From Alphaproteobacteria bacterium (lineage in GTDB: Bacteria; Pseudomonadota; Alphaproteobacteria; UBA828), in the NCBI GenBank assembly GCA_965220745.1, contig CBDCQT010000013.1, positions 864,001 through 928,000 on the forward strand: DNA of 64,000 nt. Direction: 5' to 3'. Every line of letters begins with the position of its first letter. Position 1 is the stretch's first letter. Below, piece by piece: positions 18,100 through 27,284 of the stretch. The notes beneath the pieces were generated by a model. That model was not told the DNA's origin. It did no database searches and was given only the letters and a program-made list of their open reading frames with translations. Made by a program: the position numbers and the translations under genes.

Positions 18100-18972
18100 A
18101 TGCTCGCGAAGCACGAAGTCGATGCGTTCTGGCGCGATGGCTTTATCGTTGCCGAGAACGCGGTCGACCGCCGCCAGCTCACGCGCCTGCGGGGCGTCCT
18201 GGCCGGATGGGTCGACGAAAGCCGCGGCCGCGACGCGCCATTCGGCGAGCCGACCACCGACGGGCGGCCGCGCTTCGACCTGGCGCCCGAGCACAACGCG
18301 AAGCAGCCCGCACTCCGACGGGTCAATAACCCTAGTGAGATCGACGACGCCTACATGGAGGCGATGCGCGATTCGGCGATGACCGACATGGTCGCCGCCC
18401 TCATCGGCCCCGACGTCAAACACCATCACTGCAAGATCAACCTCAAGCTGCCCGGCTCCAACACCGAGGTGCGCTACCACCAGGACTTCGCCTACACGCC
18501 GCACACGAACGATGATGTCGTGACCGCTCTGCTCATGCTCGACGACATGACGCCCGAGAACGGCTGTCTCATGGCGGTGCCCGGCAGCCACCGCGGACCG
18601 GTGTACTCGCTCTTCGACGGCGAGCGCTTCACCGGTTTCGTCGCGCCCGCCGTGGAGCGCTCGTTACGCGAGCACGAGGTGCCCGTTCTCGGCAGCGCCG
18701 GCAGCGTCTGCCTGATGCACACCCGGCTCGCGCACGGCTCTGAGCCCAACCGCTCGTCAGCGCCGCGCGGTCTCTACATCTGTGTCTACAGCGCTGCGGA
18801 CGCGTTCCCCATCGCCCGCAACCCCATGCCGAACCGCAACGAGGGCATGATGGTGCGCGGCCGGCCTACGCGCCGTGCCCGCCTCGCCGAAGCGACCATC
18901 GAGCTGCCCGAGCAGCCGATGCGCGCGTCGTTCTTCGCCGTGCAGGAGGAGGCCGGCGACTCCGCGTCCTGA
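18100..18972 (+). CDS. Phytanoyl-CoA dioxygenase (PhyH) family Fe(II)/2-oxoglutarate dioxygenase
   Basis: YHQD, ENGCL..VPGSH, HGS.PN.S..PR. Confidence 0.9.
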   Translation: MLAKHEVDAFWRDGFIVAENAVDRRQLTRLRGVLAGWVDESRGRDAPFGEPTTDGRPRFDLAPEHNAKQPALRRVNNPSEIDDAYMEAMRDSAMTDMVAALIGPDVKHHHCKINLKLPGSNTEVRYHQDFAYTPHTNDDVVTALLMLDDMTPENGCLMAVPGSHRGPVYSLFDGERFTGFVAPAVERSLREHEVPVLGSAGSVCLMHTRLAHGSEPNRSSAPRGLYICVYSAADAFPIARNPMPNRNEGMMVRGRPTRRARLAEATIELPEQPMRASFFAVQEEAGDSAS

Positions 18973-18991
18973 TCGCCGCCGCCGATTCGCC

Positions 18992-19387
18992 TTACGGCCG
19001 CCGTGCCAGCAGGTCGATCTCGACGCGGGCATCGAGGGCGAGCCCGGTGACGCCCACGCACGTGCGCGCCGGGCGCCGCTCGGGATCGAAATAGGTCTCG
19101 TAGACCGCGTTCATCGCCGCGTAGTCCTCCTTGAAGTGCGTGAGATAGACCCGCGCGACGAGGACGTGCTCGAGCCCGAGGCCGAAGGAGCCGAGCACGA
19201 TCTTCAGATTGGCCATGACGTTGTGGGTCTGGCCTTCGATGCCGTCGGGGAGCGGCGCGGCCTCGTCGTCGGGGTCGTTGGGCATCTGGCCGGTGACGAA
19301 CACCCATTCGTCGGCTTCGACCGCGTGGCTGAAGGGCGCGACGGGCGTGGGTGCGCCGGCCGCCATGTGGAAGATCGGTGCTGTCAT
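18992..19387 (-). CDS. RidA/YjgF family protein
   Basis: PFSHAV, VFVTGQ, MNAVY, RPARTCVGV, VEID. Confidence 0.9.
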   Translation of the reverse strand: MTAPIFHMAAGAPTPVAPFSHAVEADEWVFVTGQMPNDPDDEAAPLPDGIEGQTHNVMANLKIVLGSFGLGLEHVLVARVYLTHFKEDYAAMNAVYETYFDPERRPARTCVGVTGLALDARVEIDLLARRP

Positions 19388-19414
19388 GGGATTCCTCTCG
19401 TCGTGCGGGCGCGG

Positions 19415-19909
19415 TCAGGCCTCGACGGTGTGGAGCATGACCCGGAGCGCTCGCGCGAGCTCCTCCTTCTCCGCGGTGGAGAGGTCGCGGGTGATCTCGC
19501 CTTCGAGCGCGTTGAATCGGGGAAAAATCTCGCGCACGGTGGCGATCCCCGTCTCGGTCGCCTCCACCAGCACCCGCCGGCCGTCGGCGGCATGGGGGCG
19601 GCGGGCGGCGAAGCCCAGCCCTTCCAGGGTCTTCACCACGCCGGTGAGGGTGCTCTTGGAGATCCCCGATTCCTCGGCGAGGACGTTGGACTCCTTCGGC
19701 CCCCAGACCCACAGCACCCAGAGCACCGTGAAGCCCGAGAATGAGAGGCGGTACTCGGCGAGCAGGTTGCGCTCCATGTAATTGCGCACCGCGTTAGCCA
19801 CACGAAAGACGTTGGAGACGGCCGCGAAGGCGTCGACATCAATGCCCAGCCCCTCGACCCGCGCGCGGGCCTCGCGCTCCTCGCGCGTGAGCGCAACCTC
19901 CCTGCTCAT
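19415..19909 (-). CDS. MarR family transcriptional regulator
   Basis: C-terminal 164 aa of ORF 19415..20737: SKSTLTGVVKTLE..G...R....DGRR winged helix; ATG overlaps the upstream stop. Confidence 0.9.
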   Translation of the reverse strand: MSREVALTREEREARARVEGLGIDVDAFAAVSNVFRVANAVRNYMERNLLAEYRLSFSGFTVLWVLWVWGPKESNVLAEESGISKSTLTGVVKTLEGLGFAARRPHAADGRRVLVEATETGIATVREIFPRFNALEGEITRDLSTAEKEELARALRVMLHTVEA

Positions 19910-20727
19910 GCGTCGGTGCCCCCGATCTCGGGGAGGTTTCTCCGCTCCAGCGTCGTGCCGCCTCGCCAGGACATGGCGACCTCGCGCCAGTAGCCCGCGA
20001 TCAGCTCGCGGGGCTGCAGCCGGGTGAGCTCCTCCACCGGGGAGTCGCCGATCCAGAGCTCGAAGCTGCCGCGGAAGCAGCGGCCGATCTCGCCCTCGTA
20101 GGCGGACATGGTCACCAGCTCGTCCAGGCTGTCGCTGCCGTCGCCCTCGATCGCGGGCATCCAGCGGTTGTGCACCATCGGCAGCGCGTTGACGAAGCCG
20201 GCATGGTCGCTCTCGGCCTCGATCTCGAAGGTCGCGTGCAGCAGGCGGCGGTCGTTGGCGGCGAGGCTCGCGCCGAAGCGCCCGCCGGGCTCCAGGCCCG
20301 GCCCGGCCCGGCCCACCGTGACCGGGCGGGTGAGATAGATCGAGCCGAGCTTCTTGGGGTAGCCCTGGTGATGGCCGCGCACCATGGCGTAGTCGGTATC
20401 GACCCAGATGTAGGCGCAGCGCGAGTAGTGCCGGCCCCGGTACTTGCAGCGGATGACGACGAACATCTCCCGGTACTGCGCACGGACGGGGTCGAGCAGC
20501 TCCTCGAAGGTGTCGGAGCAGCTCTGCCACTCGGCCCAGATGAGCGCCACGGCGCCGGGGTCTTCGTCTGCCGGCGCGAGACCGGGCGGGATCAGCGCCG
20601 CCACCGCGTCGGGGTCGGTGCGGTATTCCAGCGTGAGCATTTGACCGGAGTAGTGCCACGGCACGGGCGGCAGCAGGGAGGCGCGGCCGCTGCCGGAGCG
20701 CGGGAACATGAAGCCTTTGAGGGACAA
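19906..20727 (-). CDS. Acetoacetate decarboxylase-like family protein
   Basis: PWHYSG, YRTDP, YIWVD, GYPKKL Schiff-base Lys motif. Confidence 0.85.
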   Translation of the reverse strand: MSLKGFMFPRSGSGRASLLPPVPWHYSGQMLTLEYRTDPDAVAALIPPGLAPADEDPGAVALIWAEWQSCSDTFEELLDPVRAQYREMFVVIRCKYRGRHYSRCAYIWVDTDYAMVRGHHQGYPKKLGSIYLTRPVTVGRAGPGLEPGGRFGASLAANDRRLLHATFEIEAESDHAGFVNALPMVHNRWMPAIEGDGSDSLDELVTMSAYEGEIGRCFRGSFELWIGDSPVEELTRLQPRELIAGYWREVAMSWRGGTTLERRNLPEIGGTDA

Positions 20728-20782
20728 GACGAATCACTCCCGGAATCGCGACGATTCCTTGTCTTTCGCAATCGTCGATCCT

Positions 20783-20802
20783 ATCGTCAGGGACCGAACG
20801 AT
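20783..20802. promoter_or_regulatory. Putative MarR operator, copy 1
   Basis: ATCGTCAG-ggac-CGAACGAT imperfect palindrome in a divergent promoter; same motif at 25796-25815. Confidence 0.6.
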
Positions 20803-20821
20803 TTCAAGCCGAGGGCCAGCC

Positions 20822-21670
20822 ATGACGGAGTTCCGGCGCATCCTGCTCGACGGTTACCCCGCCGTCGTGACCAGAGACGGCGAGCGCCTGCACGCGAAGG
20901 ACGGACGCTCGGTCGCGGTGGAGGATGCGATCCACCTGCCGCCGACGGAGCCGCGCAAGATCATCTGCGTTCACCTCAACTACCAGAGCCGGGTGGACGA
21001 GTTCATGGCGACGCTGCCGGCGACGCCGACTTACTTCCACAAGCCGGTGAGCGCGCTCTGCGGGCACGGCGCGCAAGTGGTACGGCCCGAGCGCTGCCAG
21101 TGGCTGAACTACGAGGGCGAGATCGCCATCGTCATCGGCTGGCACTGCCGCAACGTCGCGCGCGACGAGGCCGCTGACTACATCGCGGGCTACACCATCG
21201 CCAACGACTACGGACTGCACGACTTCCGCGACACCGACGCGGGCTCCATGCTGCGGGTGAAGGGCTCGGACACGCTCTGCCCGGTCGGCCCCGCACTGGT
21301 GAGCGACTGGGACTTTCGCGGCAAGTCCGTCCGCACCTACGTCAATGGCGCCCTCGCCCAGGACGGAAACACGGACGAGATGGCGTGGGACATGCACTAT
21401 CTCGTGGCCGACATCGCCCGCAACATCACGCTTGAGCCCGGCGACTTGCTGCTCTCCGGCACGCCCGCCAACAGCCGGCCGGTTGAGCCGGGCGACGTCG
21501 TGCGTGTGGAGGTGGACGGGCTGGGCGCACTGGAGAACGAGATCGTACAGGGCCCGGCGCCGATCCGCGACGATGTCGGCGCCCAGCCCACGAGCTCGGA
21601 GGAGGTGATGTCCACCGCGCTCGGCGGCGACTGGGAGCTCCGCGGCATTCGGGCCCCGCGCAAGTCGTAG
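20822..21670 (+). CDS. Fumarylacetoacetate hydrolase family protein (HpaG-like)
   Basis: KIICVHLNY, YEGE, GYTIAND, KGSDT, LEPGDLLLSGTP. Confidence 0.9.
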   Translation: MTEFRRILLDGYPAVVTRDGERLHAKDGRSVAVEDAIHLPPTEPRKIICVHLNYQSRVDEFMATLPATPTYFHKPVSALCGHGAQVVRPERCQWLNYEGEIAIVIGWHCRNVARDEAADYIAGYTIANDYGLHDFRDTDAGSMLRVKGSDTLCPVGPALVSDWDFRGKSVRTYVNGALAQDGNTDEMAWDMHYLVADIARNITLEPGDLLLSGTPANSRPVEPGDVVRVEVDGLGALENEIVQGPAPIRDDVGAQPTSSEEVMSTALGGDWELRGIRAPRKS

Positions 21671-21677
21671 CGCGGCG

Positions 21678-23141
21678 TCAGGCGGTGGAGCTCTCCAGGA
21701 TCTGCAGGGTCTTCAGGTCGCTGTGGAAGTCGAGGGCGTAGTCGCCGCCTTCCCTGCCGATGCCGCTGATGCCGCAGCCGCCGAAGGGCGCGCTCAGGTC
21801 GCGGACGAGGAAGCAGTTGACCCAGACCGTGCCCGCGCGCACCCGCCGCCCGATGCGCTCAGCCCTCGCCGCATCGCCGGTGTAGACGACCCCGGCGAGC
21901 CCGTAGCGCGTGCCGTTGGCAAGCGCCACTGCCTCGCCTTCGTCCGCGAAGGTTTGCAGGGTCAGCACCGGGCCGAACACCTCGTGCTGCACGATCTCGG
22001 CCTCGTTGCTGCGGGGCTCGATCAGGGTCGGCTCGTACCAGAGCCCGCCCTCCCGGGTGACGTGCCCGCCTCTCAGCACTCGGTCTCCCGCCGCCCGCGC
22101 CCGCTCGACGAAACCGTGGACCCGCGCGAGGTGCTCGGGATGAATCAGCGGAGAGAGCGTGGTGCCGGGCTCGCGGCTGTCGCCCGCCACATGCTGCTCG
22201 GTGTAGGCGAGCATCCGTTCAAGGAACTCCTCGCGGACCGCGTCCTCCACCAGGAGGCGGGTGCCTGCCAGGCAGACCTGCCCCGAGTCGTCGTACTGGC
22301 CGGCGGCCTTGCGGGCGGCGGCATCGAGGTCGGAGTCGGCGAACACGATGAAGGGGCTCTTGCCGCCAAGCTCCGCCGTGAAGGGCACGATGTTGCGGGC
22401 GGCGGCGGCCCCAATCTGCCGGGCGGCCTCGGGCGAGCCGGTGAACGAGATGCGGCGCACCCGCGGGTCCGCGACCAAGGCTGCGCCGACCTCCTCGCCG
22501 AGCCCCTGGACCACGTTGAAGACGCCGGGCGGGAAGCCGGCCTCGTCCACCAGATCGGCGAGCAGGGAGGCCGTGATCGGCGACCACTCGGCAGGCTTGA
22601 GGATCACAGTATTGCCGGCGGCGAGCGCCGGCGCGCACTTCCAGGTCGCGAGCATGAAGGGCGCGTTCCAGGGCGTGATGATCACCGCGGGGCCGGCGGG
22701 CATGCGCAGCACACGGTTGGCGGTGCCGTTGGAGTTCCAGGCCCGCGGCTCGTAGTCGCAGGCGAGGTCGGCGTAGGCACGAAAGTTCCGCGCCCCTCGG
22801 GGGATCACCCGCAGCTCCAGACTCTCCTGGAGCATCGCCATGTCGAGGCATTCGAGCCGGGCCAGGGTGGCGACGTTCGCGTCGATGAGCTCGGCGAGGC
22901 GGTGCATGTACGCCGCCCGCTCGGCCGGGCCCTTCGCCGACCAGCTGGGGAAGGCGTCCGCCGCCGCGCCCACCGCCTGCGCGGCGGTCGCGGCATAGCC
23001 CGCTGCGAAGTCTCCGAGCTTCCGAGACCAGTCCAGCGGCGAGCGGTCCTCGAAGCGACGCGCCGAGGGCACCCGGCGCCCTGCGATGTAGTGATCGGGT
23101 GAGACGGAGACACCGTCGACGTCGATCCGGGGCGCAGTCAT
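21678..23141 (-). CDS. Aldehyde dehydrogenase (HpaE / hydroxymuconic-semialdehyde dehydrogenase-like)
   Basis: TPWNAPFML, KPAEWSP, FTGS, ELGGKSP, GQVCLAG, EVFGP, SGIGREGG. Confidence 0.9.
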   Translation of the reverse strand: MTAPRIDVDGVSVSPDHYIAGRRVPSARRFEDRSPLDWSRKLGDFAAGYAATAAQAVGAAADAFPSWSAKGPAERAAYMHRLAELIDANVATLARLECLDMAMLQESLELRVIPRGARNFRAYADLACDYEPRAWNSNGTANRVLRMPAGPAVIITPWNAPFMLATWKCAPALAAGNTVILKPAEWSPITASLLADLVDEAGFPPGVFNVVQGLGEEVGAALVADPRVRRISFTGSPEAARQIGAAAARNIVPFTAELGGKSPFIVFADSDLDAAARKAAGQYDDSGQVCLAGTRLLVEDAVREEFLERMLAYTEQHVAGDSREPGTTLSPLIHPEHLARVHGFVERARAAGDRVLRGGHVTREGGLWYEPTLIEPRSNEAEIVQHEVFGPVLTLQTFADEGEAVALANGTRYGLAGVVYTGDAARAERIGRRVRAGTVWVNCFLVRDLSAPFGGCGISGIGREGGDYALDFHSDLKTLQILESSTA

Positions 23142-23181
23142 CGGCTCCTCCGCTCTATGCCGTGCGGGTCGAGGCGCGGTG

Positions 23182-24468
23182 CTAGAGGAAGTTGAGGTAG
23201 CGCGACATCTCCCAGTCCGTCGTGCTGCCGAGGTAGTCGTCCCACTCCTTGCGCTTGATCCCGATGTGGTTCGCCACCAGCAGCGCGCCGATCGCGGCGA
23301 CCAGCGCGTCGTCCTGCTCCAGCGCGTCGAGCGCCGCGCCCAGGTTCCCGGGCACGGCGACGTCTGTATCGACGCTCTCCAGCCCGTCGCCGGTCTCCGC
23401 CGGCGGCAGTGGATAGCCGTTCTCCACCCCGAGCCGGGCCGCCCGCAGCATGGTCGCCGCGGCGACATAGGGATTGGCGGCACCGTCAGCCACGCGATGC
23501 TCGATGCGCGTCGCCGGTCCGCGTTCGCCGGGCACCCGCACCGCGACGCCGCGGTGGTCGTATCCCCAGTTCGCCCAGTAGCCGGCGAGACTCGCCGGGC
23601 GGAGCCGGCGGTAGGAGTTGACGGTGGGCGCGATCAGCCCGGCCATGGAGCGGTGATGGTGCATGAGCCCCGCGATGCACTGCCGGGAGAGGTCGGAGAG
23701 GCCGTCCGCCTGCGCGGGGTCGGCGCAGGCGTTGTGCCCGTCCTTGTCGGCGAAGCTGAGGTTGAGGTGGACCCCGCTGCCGCCGCGATCCGAGAGCGGC
23801 TTCGGCATGAAGCTGAGCAGATAACCCCGTTTCGCCGCGACCTCGCGGGCCATCAGCCGGAAGAGGAAGATGTCGTCGATGGCCCCGAGCGCGTCCCGAT
23901 AGCGCAGCGTGAACTCGAACTGCGGCCAGTCGAACTCGGAGTTGATCGCCTCCAGCGGGAAGCCGCAGGCCTCCGCCTGCGACCAGATGCCGTCGACCAG
24001 CCCGGCGGGGTCGACCGCAGCGCCGGTGCCGTAGACGTAGGCGCCGGGGGTGTCGTAGGGCACCCAGTTGCCGGTGGAATCGCGCTCGAAGACGAAGGCC
24101 TCGAGCTCGATGCCGAGGAAGGGCGCGAGCCCCGCCTCCTGCCACGCCGCAATCGCGCGGGCGAGCGCGCCCCGTGCGCAGAGCCCGAGCGGCTGCCTGT
24201 CCTTCTCCAGGTTCGCCACCACCACGCCGGTGCCGGGCTCCCAGCCGGGCCGGACTCCGTCGAGGTCGAACACCGCCTCCATGTCCGGCAGGCCTTCGGG
24301 CACACCCGATCCGGGGGCGGGGATCAAGGCACGCTCGTAGTCCACGGCGTAGACCCCGACGCACTGACGGAGCGTGCCGGACTCGGCCATTGCGCGTGGG
24401 ACGTACTTGCCGCGCGCGAGGTTCAGATGGTCGCAGAACAGGACCCGAATGCGTTCGTAGTCGCTCAT
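23182..24468 (-). CDS. Glutamine synthetase-like gamma-glutamyl ligase
   Basis: GIELE, QFE, SFMPKP, GSGVHLN, PTVNSYRRL, WGYDHR, RIEHR; no GSI adenylylation motif seen. Confidence 0.85.
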   Translation of the reverse strand: MSDYERIRVLFCDHLNLARGKYVPRAMAESGTLRQCVGVYAVDYERALIPAPGSGVPEGLPDMEAVFDLDGVRPGWEPGTGVVVANLEKDRQPLGLCARGALARAIAAWQEAGLAPFLGIELEAFVFERDSTGNWVPYDTPGAYVYGTGAAVDPAGLVDGIWSQAEACGFPLEAINSEFDWPQFEFTLRYRDALGAIDDIFLFRLMAREVAAKRGYLLSFMPKPLSDRGGSGVHLNLSFADKDGHNACADPAQADGLSDLSRQCIAGLMHHHRSMAGLIAPTVNSYRRLRPASLAGYWANWGYDHRGVAVRVPGERGPATRIEHRVADGAANPYVAAATMLRAARLGVENGYPLPPAETGDGLESVDTDVAVPGNLGAALDALEQDDALVAAIGALLVANHIGIKRKEWDDYLGSTTDWEMSRYLNFL

Positions 24469-24498
24469 GCCAAGCGCCCTATCACTCGGCCGCGCCGG

Positions 24499-25758
24499 TC
24501 AGCAGGTCACCGACACCGGCAGGTACTTGATGCCATTGATGAAGTTGGATCGGAGCCGGAGCGCCTGACCGGCCGGCCGGAGCGTGCGCACCCGGCGCGT
24601 CAGCTCCTCCAGCACGATGCGCAGCTCGAGCCGCGCCAGCCAGAGGCCGAGGCAGAGGTGCGGCCCGCCCCGCCCGAAGGCCATTTGCGGGTTGGGGTCG
24701 CGCGCGAAATCGGCGTTGTAGGGATCGTCGAAGACCCGCTCGTCGAAGTTGCCGGAGATGAACCACAGGATCACCTTGTCGCCCGCCGCGATGGTGCGCC
24801 CGTGCATGTCGAAGTCTTCCACAGCGGTGCGGCGGAAGTGCATGGTGGGCGACGAGATGCGCAGCAGCTCCTCCACCGCCGTGGCCCAGAGCGCCTCGTC
24901 GGCGCCCTGAAGCTGCTCGAAGAGCCGGGGCTCACGGGCGAGGAGGTCGACAGAGGAGGCAACCGCATAGCGCGTGGTGTCGTTGCCCGCCACCACCAGC
25001 AACGTGAAGAAATTCTTGAACTCGTGGTCGGTGAGCGGCTCGCCGTCCCGGTCGGGCTCAAGCAGAAGGCTGATCACGTCACCGCGCGGCTTCCCGCGTC
25101 GGAGCGCGGCCTGGCGCTCCGCGTACTCGAAGACCTCCGCACCGGCCGGCGAGCGGAAGGGCATGAGGCGGAAGGCGTCCGTGTCGGTTTGGTCGACCAC
25201 GTGGTCGGTGAAGTCCGGGTCGCTGTTCGCCATCATCTCGTCGCCCTTGTCGGCGAGCCAGGCACCGTCCTCCTCCGACACCCCAAGCACGCCCGCCAGC
25301 ATCAGCATGGGCAGGGGCTTCGCGATCGCATCGACGCAATCGAACTCGTCCTGCTTCAGAGCCTCGTCGAGCACGCGGGAGACGATGGCACGCACCCGGT
25401 CCCGGTAGGTCTCGATGAAGCGGCGCGAGAAAGTGCGGTTGACCAGGCGGCGCAGGCGGGTGTGCTCGGGCGGGTCCTGCTCCATCATGGTCAGGCGCGC
25501 GATCCGCTCCTCTTCCGTCATCTCTTCGAGGCGAATCCCCTGCCGGGTCGTGAACTGCCGGAAGTTCTTGCTGATCTCCGCGATGTCCTCGTGGCGGGTG
25601 ATGGCCCAGAAACCGGAGGCATCGCGCTCGTCGAACCACGCAATCGGGTCGTCGCGCCGCAGCGCCTCGAAGGTCCTGTGAGGCACGCAATCGACGAAGG
25701 AGTCGTGGGAGGAGAGGTCGGCGATCCCCTCCGGCTCGGGAGAAAGAAGCGCGGACAT
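24499..25758 (-). CDS. Cytochrome P450
   Basis: DPPEHTRLR, I-helix AGNDTT, EELLR, MHFRRTA, heme motif FGRGGPHLCLG. Confidence 0.95.
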   Translation of the reverse strand: MSALLSPEPEGIADLSSHDSFVDCVPHRTFEALRRDDPIAWFDERDASGFWAITRHEDIAEISKNFRQFTTRQGIRLEEMTEEERIARLTMMEQDPPEHTRLRRLVNRTFSRRFIETYRDRVRAIVSRVLDEALKQDEFDCVDAIAKPLPMLMLAGVLGVSEEDGAWLADKGDEMMANSDPDFTDHVVDQTDTDAFRLMPFRSPAGAEVFEYAERQAALRRGKPRGDVISLLLEPDRDGEPLTDHEFKNFFTLLVVAGNDTTRYAVASSVDLLAREPRLFEQLQGADEALWATAVEELLRISSPTMHFRRTAVEDFDMHGRTIAAGDKVILWFISGNFDERVFDDPYNADFARDPNPQMAFGRGGPHLCLGLWLARLELRIVLEELTRRVRTLRPAGQALRLRSNFINGIKYLPVSVTC

Positions 25759-25795
25759 GGCGGTCTCGTTTGGTTGCGAACCGGTTGACGGCATG

Positions 25796-25815
25796 ATAGT
25801 TCGGATACGAACGAT
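25796..25815. promoter_or_regulatory. Putative MarR operator, copy 2
   Basis: ATAGTTCG-gata-CGAACGAT (7/8 palindromic) between the divergent P450 and dioxygenase genes. Confidence 0.65.
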
Positions 25816-25901
25816 CTGTCCACCGAAGTCGTTCGCTGTGCGTGCCAGCCGGAGCCGGCGGGCCGGTTCCGGGGCGCAGGCGAGGCGACAAAGGAGGAGA
25901 C

Positions 25902-26786
25902 GTGGGAGACATCGCAGGCGCCGGCTTCCTGTCGCATGTGCCTACGATCATGCTGCCGAAGGCGGTCCGGCTTGCGCTGAACGAGGGGCGCGAGCTGAGC
26001 CTCGTGCCCGGTCTCGAGCGGCTGCGCAGCGAGGTCCTCGACGACCTCCGGCCCGACACCTTCGTGGTGTTCGACACCCACTGGTTCACCACCGTGGAGT
26101 TCATCGTGAGCGCCCACGAGCGCCGCCGGGGCCGCTACACCTCGGGCGAGCTCCCGCGCGGCATTCACGGCCTGCCCTACGACCTTGCCGGGAGCCCGGC
26201 ACTGGCCGCGGGCATCGCAGCGGCTGTACGCGAGCACGCCGGCATACCCTGCATCGCCAACGACGATGCGCACCTGCCGATCCACTACCCCACCGTCAAC
26301 CTCGCCCACTACCTGAACCGGAGCGAGCGCTGGGTCTCCGTCAGCATCTGCCAGACCGCGCGGGACGAGGATTTTCTCGCGGTGGGGGCGGCGCTGGGGC
26401 GGGCAATCGCCGAATCGGACGAGCGCGTGGTGCTGCTCGCGAGCGGAGGCATGAGCCACCGCTTCTGGCCGCTCTCGGAGATCGATCGGCACGAGGCCTC
26501 GGACCCGGTCCACATCCGCACGCCCGAGGCGCGCGCCGCCGACCTCGAACGCCTGGCCTGGTGGGCAGAGGGCGATCACGCGGCGGTCATCGACTCCATG
26601 GACGCGTTCCGCCCCCACAAGCCGGAAGGTCTGTTCGGCCACTACCTGATGATGGTCGCCGCTCTGGGTGGACGCGACTGCACAGCAGCCGGGACGCCGT
26701 TCAGCGACTACGAGAACGCGGCGGGCACCGGGCAGGTGCACGTCTGGTTCCCGCGCCCGCCGCAGGGCTGGAGCGTCGAGGGCTAG
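25902..26786 (+). CDS. LigB/HpaD-family extradiol ring-cleavage dioxygenase (3,4-dihydroxyphenylacetate 2,3-dioxygenase-like)
   Basis: SHVPT, VFDTHW, ASGGMSHRF, GTGQ; GTG after AAGGAGG RBS. Confidence 0.85.
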   Translation: MGDIAGAGFLSHVPTIMLPKAVRLALNEGRELSLVPGLERLRSEVLDDLRPDTFVVFDTHWFTTVEFIVSAHERRRGRYTSGELPRGIHGLPYDLAGSPALAAGIAAAVREHAGIPCIANDDAHLPIHYPTVNLAHYLNRSERWVSVSICQTARDEDFLAVGAALGRAIAESDERVVLLASGGMSHRFWPLSEIDRHEASDPVHIRTPEARAADLERLAWWAEGDHAAVIDSMDAFRPHKPEGLFGHYLMMVAALGGRDCTAAGTPFSDYENAAGTGQVHVWFPRPPQGWSVEG

Positions 26787-26794
26787 GCCCGGCG

Positions 26795-27259
26795 TCAGGC
26801 TTGGGGAAAGCCGGTGGGGCGGGAGCCGTGGGCGTCCGTGCCGCCTGCGGAGCCGGGATTGCTGTAGTAGATGGTCATCTCGTGGATGAGGCCGTCCCGG
26901 CAGCGGAAGAAGTTGCAGTTGCGAAGGCGTTGCACGCCTACGCTGCGATAAGCTGAGTCGGGCTTCGGCGTCAGCGTGACGAGAAACATCGCGGCGCAGC
27001 GCTCGTTGGCCACGTCCACGTAGTGGACGAACTCGGTGAACCGGGGCTCGTAGTTCGCGAGCAGATGCTCGAAGAAGCGCGGCAGCGGGGTCTCGCCGAC
27101 GGTGGGCCTGGCCTTGAAGAGGCGCGGCGCGGCATCGCCGTGATAGATCGTGACCGAAGCGTCGTCGGTGAAGCAGGCAACCACCGCCGGGATGTCGGCT
27201 TGTGCGACGCTGCCGAAGTAGCGCCGCTCCACCAAGTCCACGTAATCGTCTCTCGTCAT
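26795..27259 (-). CDS. NTF2/SnoaL-like protein
   Basis: VERRYF...D...V.ACFTDDA...FFRCRDGLI.E..IY pattern. Confidence 0.75.
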   Translation of the reverse strand: MTRDDYVDLVERRYFGSVAQADIPAVVACFTDDASVTIYHGDAAPRLFKARPTVGETPLPRFFEHLLANYEPRFTEFVHYVDVANERCAAMFLVTLTPKPDSAYRSVGVQRLRNCNFFRCRDGLIHEMTIYYSNPGSAGGTDAHGSRPTGFPQA

Positions 27260-27284
27260 CGCGCGCCGCTTCCGCCAGCCGGTG

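Noticed and set aside
23182-24468. Housekeeping glutamine synthetase glnA
   Set aside because: Shorter than GSI, no adenylylation motif seen, and embedded in a catabolic operon; better read as a gamma-glutamyl ligase.
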